Assembly: GCA_964252035.1 (NCBI GenBank)
Contig: OZ176215.1
DNA length: 64,000 bases
From: Podarcis erhardii
Lineage: Eukaryota
Strand: one strand, 5' to 3'
This document shows, one piece after another, positions 11,705-22,468 of the stretch. The notes under the pieces are model-generated. The model searched no databases. It was not told where the DNA came from and saw only the letters and a list, made by a program, of their open reading frames with translations. The translations under genes and the position numbers were made by a program. Numbering within the stretch: position 1 is the first letter of the stretch; each line of letters opens with the position of its first letter.

Positions 11705-11817
11705 ACAACGCAGATCTGAGCGATCCTTCAAATACCTCACGGACAGGCTCCCCCAAGCCTGTGGACTCGCTCCTCTCCACAGAGTGGGCTACCATGAAGA
11801 GGAAGGAAGAGGCCACT
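11705..11817 (+). CDS. MAP4K2: MAP4K2 exon 19, linker
   Basis: cccacag|..|gtaagt; (D)NADLSDPSNTSRTGSPKPVDSLLSTEWATMKRKEEAT with the WATMK motif; 113 bp. Confidence 0.85.
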
Positions 11818-12223
11818 GTAAGTGGGGGCGGGTGGGGGCAGAAGCACCCCAAAATCTCCACGCAAGGAAGCCTGGGATCAGAGCAACCGTTAAAGCCTGT
11901 TTCTGGTGGAGGAAACAGTGGTGATAAGGAACACGACCTAACTGGCTAAAACCTTCAGAGAGGATGCCAGCAAGATGGGCTGCTGGGTTCCCCCTCCAAA
12001 TATTTGTGGGGTGTAGTAAGAGGAAAAGGTGGGGCTTGGGGAGTAGCAAGACATGTCTGGATTGGCTCTTTGACACTCTTGTGAAAAAGCCCCCAACGCT
12101 CCTGTTTCTCGTGAGGAGTGTTCCACCCCACCTGTTACAGGTACGGGGTTGAAGGTTGCAATCCTATTGAGGCGAAGGGGTCTGGAGTTAACCCAATATG
12201 TTGGCATCTTCAAATAACTACAC

Positions 12224-12266
<43 letters not shown>
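12224..12266. repeat. (TTTC)n microsatellite
   Basis: Direct reading of the sequence. Confidence 0.9.
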
Positions 12267-12310
12267 CTGGTGACTTCCCCCACCTCTTCTTGACCCCTCC
12301 TCTCTTGCAG

Positions 12311-12352
12311 AGGCTGCTGTGTCATGGGTTGCCTCCCACTCCAAAAGTCCAC
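12311..12352 (+). CDS. MAP4K2: MAP4K2 exon 20
   Basis: ttgcag|..|gtaagt; [14 protein letters not shown]; 42 bp. Confidence 0.93.
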
Positions 12353-12540
12353 GTAAGTCCTCTTCCCTGGGCAGGGGAGGGTGGTACATGCATCAGCAAA
12401 TTGGGGCCAGGAGAGTGAGGTGGGGCAGGGGGTTCACAGCAAAGGAATTTTGTAGGTCTCAGTACAGGAGCCCTGGAAGTGGGGCTCCAACTCCCCCGTC
12501 CGCTCCCTTCTACAGCTTTCTGTATCTTCTCTTTTCCAAG

Positions 12541-12625
12541 ATGGGGGCCTGTTTCTCCAAAGTCTTCAACGGCTGTCCGCTAAAAATCAACTCGGCTACA
12601 ACGTGGATCCACCCAGAAACACGAG
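12541..12625 (+). CDS. MAP4K2: MAP4K2 exon 21, start of CNH domain
   Basis: ttccaag|..|gtagaa; [28 protein letters not shown]; 85 bp. Confidence 0.93.
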
Positions 12626-12713
12626 GTAGAACCCACATGTTTGCTGTGGAACCTTGGCACCAGTGATTGGCAGATGGTAATTTGACTTCCCCCTCTTCTC
12701 CCCCCCCCCGTAG

Positions 12714-12793
12714 ATCTCTACCTAGTGGTGGGAGCTGAAGAAGGCATCTACACACTCAATCTCCATGAGCTCCATGAGGACACGATGGAGAAG
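12714..12793 (+). CDS. MAP4K2: MAP4K2 exon 22 (CNH)
   Basis: ccgtag|..|gtgagg; (D)[26 protein letters not shown]; 80 bp. Confidence 0.95.
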
Positions 12794-13873
12794 GTGAGGA
12801 CCCTGGAGAGGGAGGAGCTGGGGTGGAGGGTTCTCGACACCACGGGAAGCAGGGGCGGATCCTTGTTTCCACACGCCCCGTGGGACCACGTTTGGGCCTG
12901 CCCACCTGTCTTATCACCTGACATTAAAATGATGCCAAATTACCCAGTTAGAAATTGAGAGGTGCCAGCAAAAAACAATTCTGCTCAGCACCAATGCTCA
13001 GTGGAAGGCATTGGTCAAGGGGCTGCTGGCTGAGGCAACATGGATGTAGTGCCTCAGCTGCAGTGGTGCTGTCCATGGTCCTGATTTGCAGCTGTCTTGA
13101 TCTTCCTCCAAAGGGCCAAGAGCTACCTTCCCTCTGCCCTTCCCAGGCATGACCCATGCTTCACAGCTTTGTTTCCAAATGCTCTTATATTTGCTCCAGA
13201 GCTTCCCCCACAAAAAACCTGCTCTTTACCACTGAGTTGGAGCAAACAGCAATGCATGGAAAACCCAAGTTGCTGTTTGTTGTGGTTCAGGTTTAAAGAG
13301 CGGGTTTTTGTGAGGAAAGTTCTGGGGTGAAAGAAGGAGAACTCAGACAAGGAGCTTCAGAATGTGGAGTGGCAGGTCTGGGGCAAAGCTAAGCCCTCAC
13401 TTGACCCTTGCCCTGCCTGCCAGGGGAACTAGGAACTTCTGGCCTCTCCTTGCTTGGGCCTTTACCATGACCACCACCAGAGGTGGACATCCCCCGTGGA
13501 TCGCAACAGGAAGGGCAGGTGGGTGGGTGCGTTTGGTGGTGGTCAACTCAGGAGGCCCTTTCATTCATCGCTCAGAGATGCCCACAAGAATATCTGTCAA
13601 GATGCTGAGGTTACTTATCCCTACAAGCTCTTTTCTTATAAACATTGAAATTTTATATTGTTTTTGCTGGCTCCTTTAAAATATCTCTCTATATAAACAC
13701 TATTCAGTCTTCATTAAGTTCCTTGTATCTAACTTGGACACACTCGTTTCATGCCACGAAAATGCAGAGATGGCCCAACAAGCGACTGATCTCTCTCTCG
13801 CCACTTCTCCCTCTCTCTCTTGCTTTGTGCCATTCATCCCGCCCCCCATCCTCCGCCTGCTCCCCTCCCCCAG

Positions 13874-13934
13874 CTCCTTCCACACAGGTGCTCTTGGCTC
13901 TACTGTATGAACAATGTGCTACTGACCTTAGCTG
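13874..13934 (+). CDS. MAP4K2: MAP4K2 exon 23 (CNH)
   Basis: ccccag|..|gtgagt; LLPHRCSWLYCMNNVLLTLA; 61 bp. Confidence 0.93.
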
Positions 13935-14185
13935 GTGAGTGTCCAGAGACAGAGCTAGAACCCCCCCCCTCATTTCCCCTCTTTTTGCCTTGCCCATAGG
14001 TATCGGGGTCGATTTAAGGGGACTGGGGGTAAGCTTCACACGTTGGGTTTAGAGGGGCAATCGGGTGCGTGGCTATAGGATTGAAGAGTCCAGAAGGTCT
14101 CTGAATATAAAAAAGGGCACCTGCTTAAACTTCCATTTTGCTCCGGCAAATGATCCTCCCGATTTTCCCGCTTCTGCCTTTGCAG

Positions 14186-14309
14186 GGAAGTCCTCCCAGC
14201 TCTCTTCCCACAACCTTGTGGGTCTCTTTGAGCAGCGGCGCCAGCTGCAGAAGCGGCAGGTCCCCCTCTCCATCGCCACCAACCGGCTGACAGAGCGGAT
14301 CATCCCCAG
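14186..14309 (+). CDS. MAP4K2: MAP4K2 exon 24 (CNH)
   Basis: ttgcag|..|gtgggg; (G)[40 protein letters not shown](R); 124 bp. Confidence 0.92.
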
Positions 14310-15062
14310 GTGGGGAGAGGCGGGGAGGGAGGGACCCCCCCTGCCCCCTGCCCCCTGCCCCCTGCCCCCTGCCCCATTTCAAAGAGAGGAGAGTAGTAAA
14401 TTCTCTTCTCTCCGCCCCCAATATCCTATCCAAGTGTTGGAAGTATGGCTGATTTCTCCAAGCTGCTTCCCAGGAAGCTGCTTGCGACTGGAACTGAAGC
14501 TGGGAAGGGTTGGCTGTGGGGTCCTGGGAAAGATGTTGGGCAGGCAGAGGACCCATGGGAGCAAGGAGCAGTGCAGAGCCTCAGATCTCCACCCTGTGGT
14601 TTCTGAGTGCCCCTGGGCTTAAGAGGCAGCCTGTACATTCCTAAGCCAGCCTATGGGATGCCCAAGAAGAGGACCCTCCCTGGTGACTTCAGGTGACTCC
14701 CACCTGAAAGCCCCCCCCCCCAAGGGCCACAACCAGGCAATGCCAGTGGTATTGAGGCTGGTGGACCCAGTGGGTTTGATTTCCTATAAAAGCAGCTTCC
14801 TGAGTTCCTGCTTAATAATTCCTTTATTGGGCCTCATGAGGACTGGAGTCTTGCTTCATTTTGCAGGGGAAGGACTATAGCTCCGTATTAGAGCTCCTGC
14901 TTTGCAAACAGAAGACGGCCCCCCGCTCGGTCTCAGACAGACTTTTCAGTTAAGGACGGACTTGGCGGGGAGGACCCTCTCCTCCTTGCCTCTGGCCTGG
15001 TGAAATTCTCCCCCCACCACACACACACACCCAGGCCTAAAGCTGTTCCTTTCTCTTGACAG

Positions 15063-15121
15063 GAAGTTTGCCCTCTCAGCCAAGATAGCTGACACCAAAG
15101 GATGCTTGAAGTGCCGTGTAG
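15063..15121 (+). CDS. MAP4K2: MAP4K2 exon 25 (CNH)
   Basis: tgacag|..|gtgagt; KFALSAKIADTKGCLKCRV; 59 bp. Confidence 0.93.
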
Positions 15122-15307
15122 GTGAGTTTCCTGGAGAGGGGCAGGCCTGTTGGGAAATGACAGTTGGTGGCTGTGTGAGGGAAAGAGGAGTTTTGGGGAT
15201 GTGGAGGGTGGAGGAGATGAGGGGGAGAGGGAGAGAGATGAAGTATAACTTACAGTTTTTATTCTATTTATATCCCAGCTTTCCTCCAAGGAGCTCATGA
15301 AGTCATA

Positions 15308-15620
15308 TGTATAATAATAATAATAATGATAATAATGATAATAATGATAATAATAATATATGTATTTCCCAGCCACTCTGGGCGGCTTCTAACAGAATAT
15401 TAAAATACAATAGTCTATTAAACATTAAAAACTTCCCTAAACAGGGCTGCCTTCAGATATCTTCTAAAAGTCTGGTGGTAGTTCTTCTCTTTGACATCTG
15501 GAGGGAGGGCGTTCCACAGGGCGGGTGCCACTACTGGGAAGGCCCTCTGCCTGGTTCCCTGTAACTTGGCTTCTCACAGTGAGGGAACCACCAGAAGGCC
15601 CACAGCACTGGATCTCAGTG
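15308..15620 (-). mobile_element. L2-type LINE 3' fragment with AAT/GAT tail
   Basis: Highly similar to 61574-61788; microsatellite at the 3' end. Confidence 0.75.
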
Positions 15621-16768
15621 TAATTTTCTTCCTCCCCTCACAACAACCCCGTGATGTTCGGTGGAGAAGTGGATATTCAAAATTTGACTGATATTTGGCT
15701 CACACCAGTATTCCCCACCCCAAAGCCAAAAAGGGAGCAGCTTTTGAACTCTGGTCTTAGTTCATGGCCAAAGGGAGGGGGGTGGAAGTGTGTGACAGTT
15801 TGTATACATTTAAAAAATGACCTGGCCAATACAAATGAAAACCCACTTGCGCCCACATGGTGGAGGCGACGTTGTAGCCCTGTGTTATGCCACCCTCCCG
15901 TAGTGTTGTGCTTTTTTGAGAAATGCAGTTGGGTGGAATTGGACTAAGCCGCGCTGAAAGGGGGAAGTGGGTGATTAATGGCTTCCTCATCCATTGGAAA
16001 AAGAAAACGGGGTGACTCTTGTGGGTGTGCGGAATTTGATGAGAAACACGGCATGATGAGAAAATAGTAATCAATGCCTCCCCCAGAAGCCCTTTAGCAG
16101 TCAAATTTGCAGCTTTCCTCACCACTCACTTGCATTTCCCTAAAAAACAAGCCCAGTGAAAAGCCCAAGACCATATGTGAGTGAAATTCGGCTAAATTAT
16201 GCCCTGGAGGAATTGTGGGGTGTTGTGCCTTCCAGATTCAGAGCAGCATTGTTGCAGGCCCAGCAACAGTCACATGCAACCAGCTGCAATTTTGCAGCCT
16301 TTTGGAGCCTGCGTGAACATGGAGAGCCCTTCACACAACATGTTAAACCGGAAGGCTTTTTGTTCGCTGAACTTAATAACGCAAGCGGGGCAGTGTTTCA
16401 GCGCAAATTAAAATGCAGCTGTTTTATTTTGAAAGATAAACACACTGCTAAAATGGCACTGCCTATGTGCCCAAGTGTAGAGGGCATGACAACAGGCTCA
16501 ACCCACAACATGGTACAGCAACTTCCTTGCCCACAGCCCAGTCTCTGAGCTGCTCAGCTATACCATGCTCTGCCACATTTCTTCTTGAAAGGACAGAGAA
16601 TTGCACTCTGAATTAGTTTTTCTCAAGAGACAGGGAGAGGCGCCAAGAGAAGCAGACCCCTTTTCTCCTGTTGGGCAGGAGGCCTTGACCGAAGAGGCAG
16701 CAGGAGGCTCTTCTGGGGGCAGGGGGGACTTTGGGGAGGTTGACACCCCCCTTTCTTCTGTATTTCAG

Positions 16769-16872
16769 TGCGAAATCCTTACTCTGGTAGTACCTTCCTC
16801 TGCGCTGCACTCCCCTCCAGCCTGGCCCTCCTGCAGTGGTACGAGCCTTTGCAGAAGTTCATGCTGCTGAAG
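16769..16872 (+). CDS. MAP4K2: MAP4K2 exon 26 (CNH)
   Basis: tttcag|..|gtaagt; (V)[34 protein letters not shown]; 104 bp. Confidence 0.95.
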
Positions 16873-17021
16873 GTAAGTGGGTGCAGGGCCAGGAATGGGG
16901 GTGCAGGATGGGAGGAGGGACCCTCCCCCCTGGCCTTCCAAAGAGCACCCAAGGGAGCAGGCAGGAGGGCATGGTTGGGCAGCGTCAGACCTGGTTCCTG
17001 CATCCTCTCTCTCCTCTCCAG

Positions 17022-17193
17022 CACGTCTCTGTGACGCTGCCCGTCCCCCTGACCCTCTTTGAGCTGCTGGTTGTGGAGACGGAGGAATACCCGCAAGTGT
17101 GCTTGGGGGTCACCGGCACCGACCAGCCAGGGGCGGAGCTGCATTTCAGCACCCTCTCCCTCAGCACTGGCCTCAGCACCTCAAGCCCTTCAG
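17022..17193 (+). CDS. MAP4K2: MAP4K2 exon 27 (CNH)
   Basis: ctccag|..|gtaaga; [30 protein letters not shown]...SPS; 172 bp. Confidence 0.9.
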
Positions 17194-17357
17194 GTAAGAG
17201 AGAGGGAAACTGGCATGGAGTCAGGGAGGGGTGGGGCACGGCCCCTTTAAGAGCTGCTGCTTAATGCTGTTAGGCCCCCCCCCTGCTCCCCTTTTGAGGG
17301 AACCCACAGGAAGGCAGACGGCTCTTGGGCTCAATCCTGCTTGTGGGTTTCCCAATA

Positions 17358-17563
17358 CAGTCATACCTTGGGTTACAGATGCTTCAGGTTGTGATTTTTG
17401 GGTTACGGACCGCCGAAACCCAGAAGTACCGGAACAGGTTACTTCCAGGTTTTGGCAGTTGCACATGCGCTGAATCGCAACCTGCGCAGATGCAGGTTGT
17501 CAATGCTGCAGGTTGCGGACGTGCATCCCGCACGGATCACGTTCGCAACCCGACCATCCACTG
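17358..17563. mobile_element. Tigger-like MITE (family B)
   Basis: TA|CAGTCATACCTTGGGTT...CCACTG|TA; related to 19739-19990. Confidence 0.7.
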
Positions 17564-18194
17564 TACAGGCATCTGGTTGGCTGCTGTTAGAATAGGATGC
17601 TAGACTAGATGGGAGCCCCATTGGCCAGATCCTACAGGACTCTTCTTACATATATTTTTTTCTTAAGAAAGGGCGAAGGACAAAAGCCAGGTGTGCAGGA
17701 ATAAATAAACACATAATAAAATAAAATAATCTCTGCCACAGATGCGCCCCATAGGCCTGAGTGGTTTGTTGTTACAATGGACCCAACCCCAAATGTTGGA
17801 GGACATCCTGGCTATCCTATCGGGAATGATCCTGTTTAAGGTTCCAGCCACTCAGGTTCCAGGGCAGTCCCCTTCGAAGAGAAGAGAAGTTGTTGGAGTC
17901 TCAAGCAGGCCTAATGCCCCCACCCAACTCCACTGTTTCCATTTCTAACACACATTCAGCATTTAATGGCTCCTGGAAACCATTGACTACGCTCAGGGCT
18001 GTATGGGGTTTTTCCCCCTCTGGCTTTTTAAAAAGTTGTTTTGTACTTCTGCATACCCCCTCAGCGTTCATCCGAGCATGGTGACCCTGTTGGCACCTCC
18101 CCAACCAAGTTTGCGATTAGAATTTTTTTATGTGTTGAATAAAATTATGTTTTTAATCTTGACTTTCCACTAAAGAGCTCAGGGCAGCAGACAT

Positions 18195-18315
18195 GGTTCC
18201 CCTTCCAACCTCACAACAACCCTGTGAGGTGGGTTAGGCTGAGAGATGACGACAGGCCCAGGATCACCCAGGATGCATGTGAAGAGTTCGGTTCTGCGAG
18301 GCAGATTTGACAATG
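18195..18315 (-). mobile_element. CORE/MIR-like SINE fragment
   Basis: cctcacaacaaccctgtgaggtgggt CORE motif. Confidence 0.55.
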
Positions 18316-18609
18316 GGTGGTCAAAGGCAAATTGGCTGGACGGCAGCTGGCTGGACTGGTGCCAGAGATTGCATTGCCCGGCCGCTGCCAAGGCCCATGG
18401 CTCAGGAGGTGACCCAGCTGCCAGCAAAAGCTGCCATATAAAGACAATCTTCCATCTGACTCAGCATTGCCTGCAGTGTCTATAGCAGGAGCTGTGCAAG
18501 GTTTTAGGCCCTACAAGGAGATGCCAGCGGGGACTGAGCCTTGGGAGCTTCTGCATGCAAGCCAGATGCTCTACTACTGAGCTGGTCTGCCCTTTTCCCT
18601 AAAAAGAAA

Positions 18610-19100
18610 ATAAGATTCTAGTCCTCATGCTTCCGAACAAGGGACTGAACTGAATAGGAACGCAGTCTGTGTTTATTAGGACCAGTCAAATGTTGGGGTA
18701 TGGAAAATAGCAGGAGAGATTGATTTTAATGGGGGGGATTACTGATTTAAAAGTAAGGATTTGTGGGCTGACAAATTGAAGAGTAACTCTTCTTGACATT
18801 AGGGAATATGTTATAGTTAAGCAAAAGTCTAGCAGGAACCAGAAATGAACAGCCGATGGGTAATGAAGAGGAAGAAAATTGAAGGGGGGGGGAGCAAAGA
18901 TAAAATGCTAAAGTATCATTTTTGAAATGGGATTTGGAAACGTATTTAATATTGAGCAGCTAACGAGGGTGGGAAGTGAACCATCAAGATGGCAGGCTGG
19001 GAAGTCACTGTTAAATTTGTATTGAATTTGAATTAATGTGATGTTAAATTCATTATTTTTTTTTTGAAAAGCAATAAAAAATAATTGGCAAAAAAAAAAA
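18610..19100 (+). mobile_element. L1-like LINE 3' end with AATAAA and A tail
   Basis: AT-rich block ending in AATAAA (19073-19078) and A11 (19090-19100); family assignment is inference. Confidence 0.5.
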
Positions 19101-19366
19101 GGAACATAGGAAACCGCCTTATGCTGAGTCAGATCCATTGCTGCATCAGTGGCTCTTCATGGTTTCATGATATTCCCTGTCCTGTAAGGAGCGGTCACTG
19201 GGGACTGAGCCTGGGGCAGTCTGCATGCCAACCACCTCCTCTTTTCCCACTGGCATCTCGCCCCTCTTGCTCCTCCTCCCATTCCTCTGAGTGTGGCCCC
19301 CAGCTTCCCCTGCCCCTGCTGCCAGGGCCAGCCCTAGACTAGCCTCCCATGCCTCTCTCCTTGCAG

Positions 19367-19435
19367 GTCGGCCCTTGGTCATGGCCAGCCACGTGACGCA
19401 GATGGACCGAGACACTGTCCTGGTGTGCTTTGAGC
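19367..19435 (+). CDS. MAP4K2: MAP4K2 exon 28 (CNH)
   Basis: ttgcag|..|gtaagt; (G)RPLVMASHVTQMDRDTVLVCFE(R); 69 bp. Confidence 0.92.
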
Positions 19436-19559
19436 GTAAGTCTTTCCCCAGTTTGACCTGCTCCCTTGGCCTTGGTCTCCCCGCGGTCTGTCTGCCCCTC
19501 CCCTCGCTTGCCTCTTTGCCCTTTGGCCAACGCTGCCCCTCCTTCTCTCGTCCCCTCAG

Positions 19560-19646
19560 GTTGTGTGAGGGTGGTGAACCTCCACGGCGCCCCTCAGGGA
19601 GCCCTTCCTCCAGAACTCACGTTCCACTTCCCTATCGAGACCATTG
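19560..19646 (+). CDS. MAP4K2: MAP4K2 exon 29 (CNH)
   Basis: cctcag|..|gtaggt; CVRVVNLHGAPQGALPPELTFHFPIETI; 87 bp. Confidence 0.93.
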
Positions 19647-19738
19647 GTAGGTGAGGGTACCTGGGTGGGGTGTGTTGGGTGGGGCTTGAGGCCTCCCAAA
19701 CGGGTTGTGGCTCCTCAAGTGCCTTCCCTCTGGCAGTA

Positions 19739-19990
19739 TAGTCATACCTCATGTTACGTTTACTTTAGGTTGAGCATTTTCAGGTTGTGTCCCGCAGAGA
19801 CCCGGAAGTACTGGAAAGGGTCACTTCTGGGTTCAGCCGCACGCGCATGCGCGGATGTGCAAAATGACGTCACACGCATGCGCAGAAGTGGCGAATCGCA
19901 ACCCATGCATGCGCAGACATGGGTTGCATTCCTTTCAGGTTGTGAATGGGCCTCCGGAACGGATCCCGTTTGCAACCAGAGGTACCACTG
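19739..19990. mobile_element. Tigger-like MITE (family B)
   Basis: TA|TAGTCATACCTC...GAGGTACCACTG|TA terminal inverted repeats. Confidence 0.75.
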
Positions 19991-20102
19991 TATCGGATTT
20001 GGGAGGTGGGGTTCCTGCTTCCTGAGTTAAGAGGCTCTTGCTGTGACAGCCAACCTCTGAGGGGGGCCTGTTTGCTCACTTGTAGTCTCCCCATTTTTGC
20101 AG

Positions 20103-20173
20103 TGTGCCTTCAGGACAGTGTCCTGGCCTTCTGGAAACACGGCATGCAAGGCCGAAGCCTGGAATCCAGTGAG
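20103..20173 (+). CDS. MAP4K2: MAP4K2 exon 30 (CNH)
   Basis: ttgcag|..|gtgagt; (V)[23 protein letters not shown]; 71 bp. Confidence 0.95.
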
Positions 20174-20336
20174 GTGAGTCTGGCCAGCCTGGGGCAGAGG
20201 GGCCTGTGGGCATCAAACCACCAGCCTGACAACAGGACCATCAGAGAAAACACGAGTTAAGCTCCGTTGGGCGGTGGTGAGGTGGTGCTATTTTTCCTGG
20301 ACTGTGTGCCTTCCGTCTGTGACATTTGACGTACAG

Positions 20337-20476
20337 AGGATAGCTCAGCTGGTAGAGCATCAGACTCTTAATCTCAGGGTTGTGGGTTTGAGCCCCACAT
20401 TGGACCAAAGATTCCTGCATTGCAGGGGGTTGCACTAGATGATCCTTGTGGTCCCTTCCAATTCTACAATTCTATG
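20337..20476 (+). mobile_element. tRNA(Lys-CTT)-headed SINE with CR1-like tail
   Basis: ggatagctcagctggtagagcatcagactcttaatctcagggttgtgggtttgagccccac, then ...ggtcccttccaattctacaattctatg. Confidence 0.8.
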
Positions 20477-20483
20477 TATACCC

Positions 20484-20850
20484 TGTTGGAAACACGCCCG
20501 GGAAGGCCGCCATCTTCCCAAGACTCCTGGGCGTCTCTCCGGTGGTCCTCCCTGGCTGTAAATTACCCTCAGTCCAGAGAGGCCGGTGATAAGCGACCCC
20601 TCCCTCCTGAGAGGAGCACGCTCGTCTTTTGGCATGTCATTGCAGAAGAGTCAATCGTAGTTCTAAAACTACTTTATTTTACAGTCTATATGTACAAAGA
20701 ATCCATCAGCATGTCTGTGCTCTTTGAGCACCAGTACAGAACAGCAACACTTTCAGAAGTGAAACTAACTTCCAACAGTACTTCAACTCAGACTTCCTGT
20801 CTCACGCTCTCTCAGACACTCACATGATGTATACAAAACACATTACAACA
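20484..20850 (-). mobile_element. Putative solo LTR
   Basis: TGTTG...CAACA termini, 367 bp, minus-strand AATAAA at 20673-20678; flanks only partly duplicated (ataccc/gtacca). Confidence 0.45.
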
Positions 20851-20907
20851 GTACCACTCACTGGAGCAGCTCGGATAGATAAAAATCCTAACATACCCAC
20901 CCATTCA

Positions 20908-21045
20908 GGAGGGTACTTAGCTCAGTGGCAGAGCATTTCCTTTGCATGCAACACATCCCAGGTCAAACCCTGGAATGCTGCCAGTGTGGGACCAGACTGA
21001 GCTAAATGGACTAACATTCTGATGCAGTATAAGGCATCTTCCTAT
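20908..21045 (+). mobile_element. tRNA(Ala)-like-headed SINE
   Basis: tagctcagtggcagagcat...ggtcaaaccctgg head and ctgagctaaatggac...gtataaggcatcttcct tail. Confidence 0.65.
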
Positions 21046-21101
21046 CTCTGACCTCCACCTTTCATGGTTTAAGTGGTGCCTTTCTGCTGCATGGCTTAGT
21101 G

Positions 21102-21237
21102 CAGTGTTTCCCAACCTGTGGTCTCCAGCTGTTTTTGGACTACAATTCCCATCATCCCTGACCACTGGTCTTGCTAGCTAGGGATGATGGGAGCTGTAGT
21201 CCAAAAACAGCTGGAGACCAAAGGTTGGGAAACACTG
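21102..21237. mobile_element. Palindromic hAT-type MITE
   Basis: Near-perfect inverted repeat (CAGTGTTTCCCAACC...GGTTGGGAAACACTG); perfect 8-bp TSD gcttagtg at 21094-21101 and 21238-21245. Confidence 0.9.
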
Positions 21238-21425
21238 GCTTAGTGGTTTGTTGGACTAGAGATGGGCAGGCCTGGGTTCAAATCCTCACTCAGCCATGAA
21301 ACCCACTTGGATGGCTTTGAGGCCACCATTGGTTCTCATCGGAGGTGGTTGTGAGGATAAAGTGGTGGGCGGGGGATTATGTGCAGCAACCCTGAGCTCC
21401 TTGGAAGATGGGTGGGATATAAATA
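21238..21425 (+). mobile_element. CORE/MIR-like SINE interrupted at its head by the MITE
   Basis: ggcttagtgg A box split by the insertion; gggttcaaatcc B box; ggttgtgaggataaa CORE motif. Confidence 0.6.
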
Positions 21426-21596
21426 CAGTTAATTTTAATCATCATCATTAACAGAGGAGAAAATGTGAGGTAATTAATAGGAGCAGTGGGTTAATTCTTT
21501 TTCCTTTTTTAAGATGTTAAAGGGTATTATGGGTTTGAGAAATGTGGCATCTGACATGGGGATTTCCCACTCAGCTGTCCCTTCCTTCTGTAACAG

Positions 21597-21652
21597 GTGA
21601 CGCAGGAGGTGACAGATGAGTCCAGAGTGTTCCGGGTCTTGGGAGCTCACAG
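21597..21652 (+). CDS. MAP4K2: MAP4K2 exon 31
   Basis: taacag|..|gtgagg; VTQEVTDESRVFRVLGAH(R); 56 bp. Confidence 0.93.
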
Positions 21653-22209
21653 GTGAGGAAATGCCTCTGAGGAGGAAACCTCAACATTTCTCCATTTCCC
21701 ACCTTCCTGTTGCCATGTCACATGGAATTCAGTGTCCCCTCCGATCCACATACGTTGCTTTTTGGCTGAGTGGGTGTGTTCACAAGCCACACCAAACTGC
21801 AGTCTGGTGCTCTGTAGAGGAGCTGGAACAGCCTTTCTCCGCCTCTCCCTTCCTCCTTCTGGTGCAGCCAGGACTCCAGCAGAGTTTAGTTTTGCAGCCT
21901 CCTGTAGTTCTGTTTGAACCGCAGGTTGTGGTTGGAAACGAGCTCTGGTTTCGTCAAACAACGCATGGTTGGACCTTGTCTTGGCTTGCTTTGACCACGG
22001 CTGGCGTTTGCTTTTATCCACAATCTCTGGTTCAAATGGAATGACAAACCAGGATTTTGCAAAAAAGAAGACTCAGTTTTGCTGGAGTCTTCCTCATCCT
22101 CCTATTCACTGCAGAGGAGGGAGGAAAGGAGGCTGTGGAGCAGGGAAGCCCAATACTCAGATATGCATGGTAAGGGCATTTCCCTGTTCAGCGTGGTGGT
22201 TGTTATATA

Positions 22210-22468
22210 CCGTATTTTTTGCTCTATAAGACTCACTTTTTCCCTCCTAAAAAGTAAGGGGAAATGTGTGTGCATCTTATGGAGCGAATGCAGGCTGCGC
22301 AGCTATCCCAGAAGCCAGAACAGCAAGAGGAACTGCTGCTTTCACTGCGCAGCGATCCCTCTTGCTGTTCTGGCTTCTGAGATTCAGAATATTTTTTTTC
22401 TTGTTTTCCTCCTCCAAAAACTAGGTGCGTCTTGTGGTCTGGTGCGTCTTATAGAGCAAAAAATACGG
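22210..22468. mobile_element. Tc1/mariner MITE
   Basis: Perfect 23-bp TIR CCGTATTTTTTGCTCTATAAGAC flanked by TA. Confidence 0.85.
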
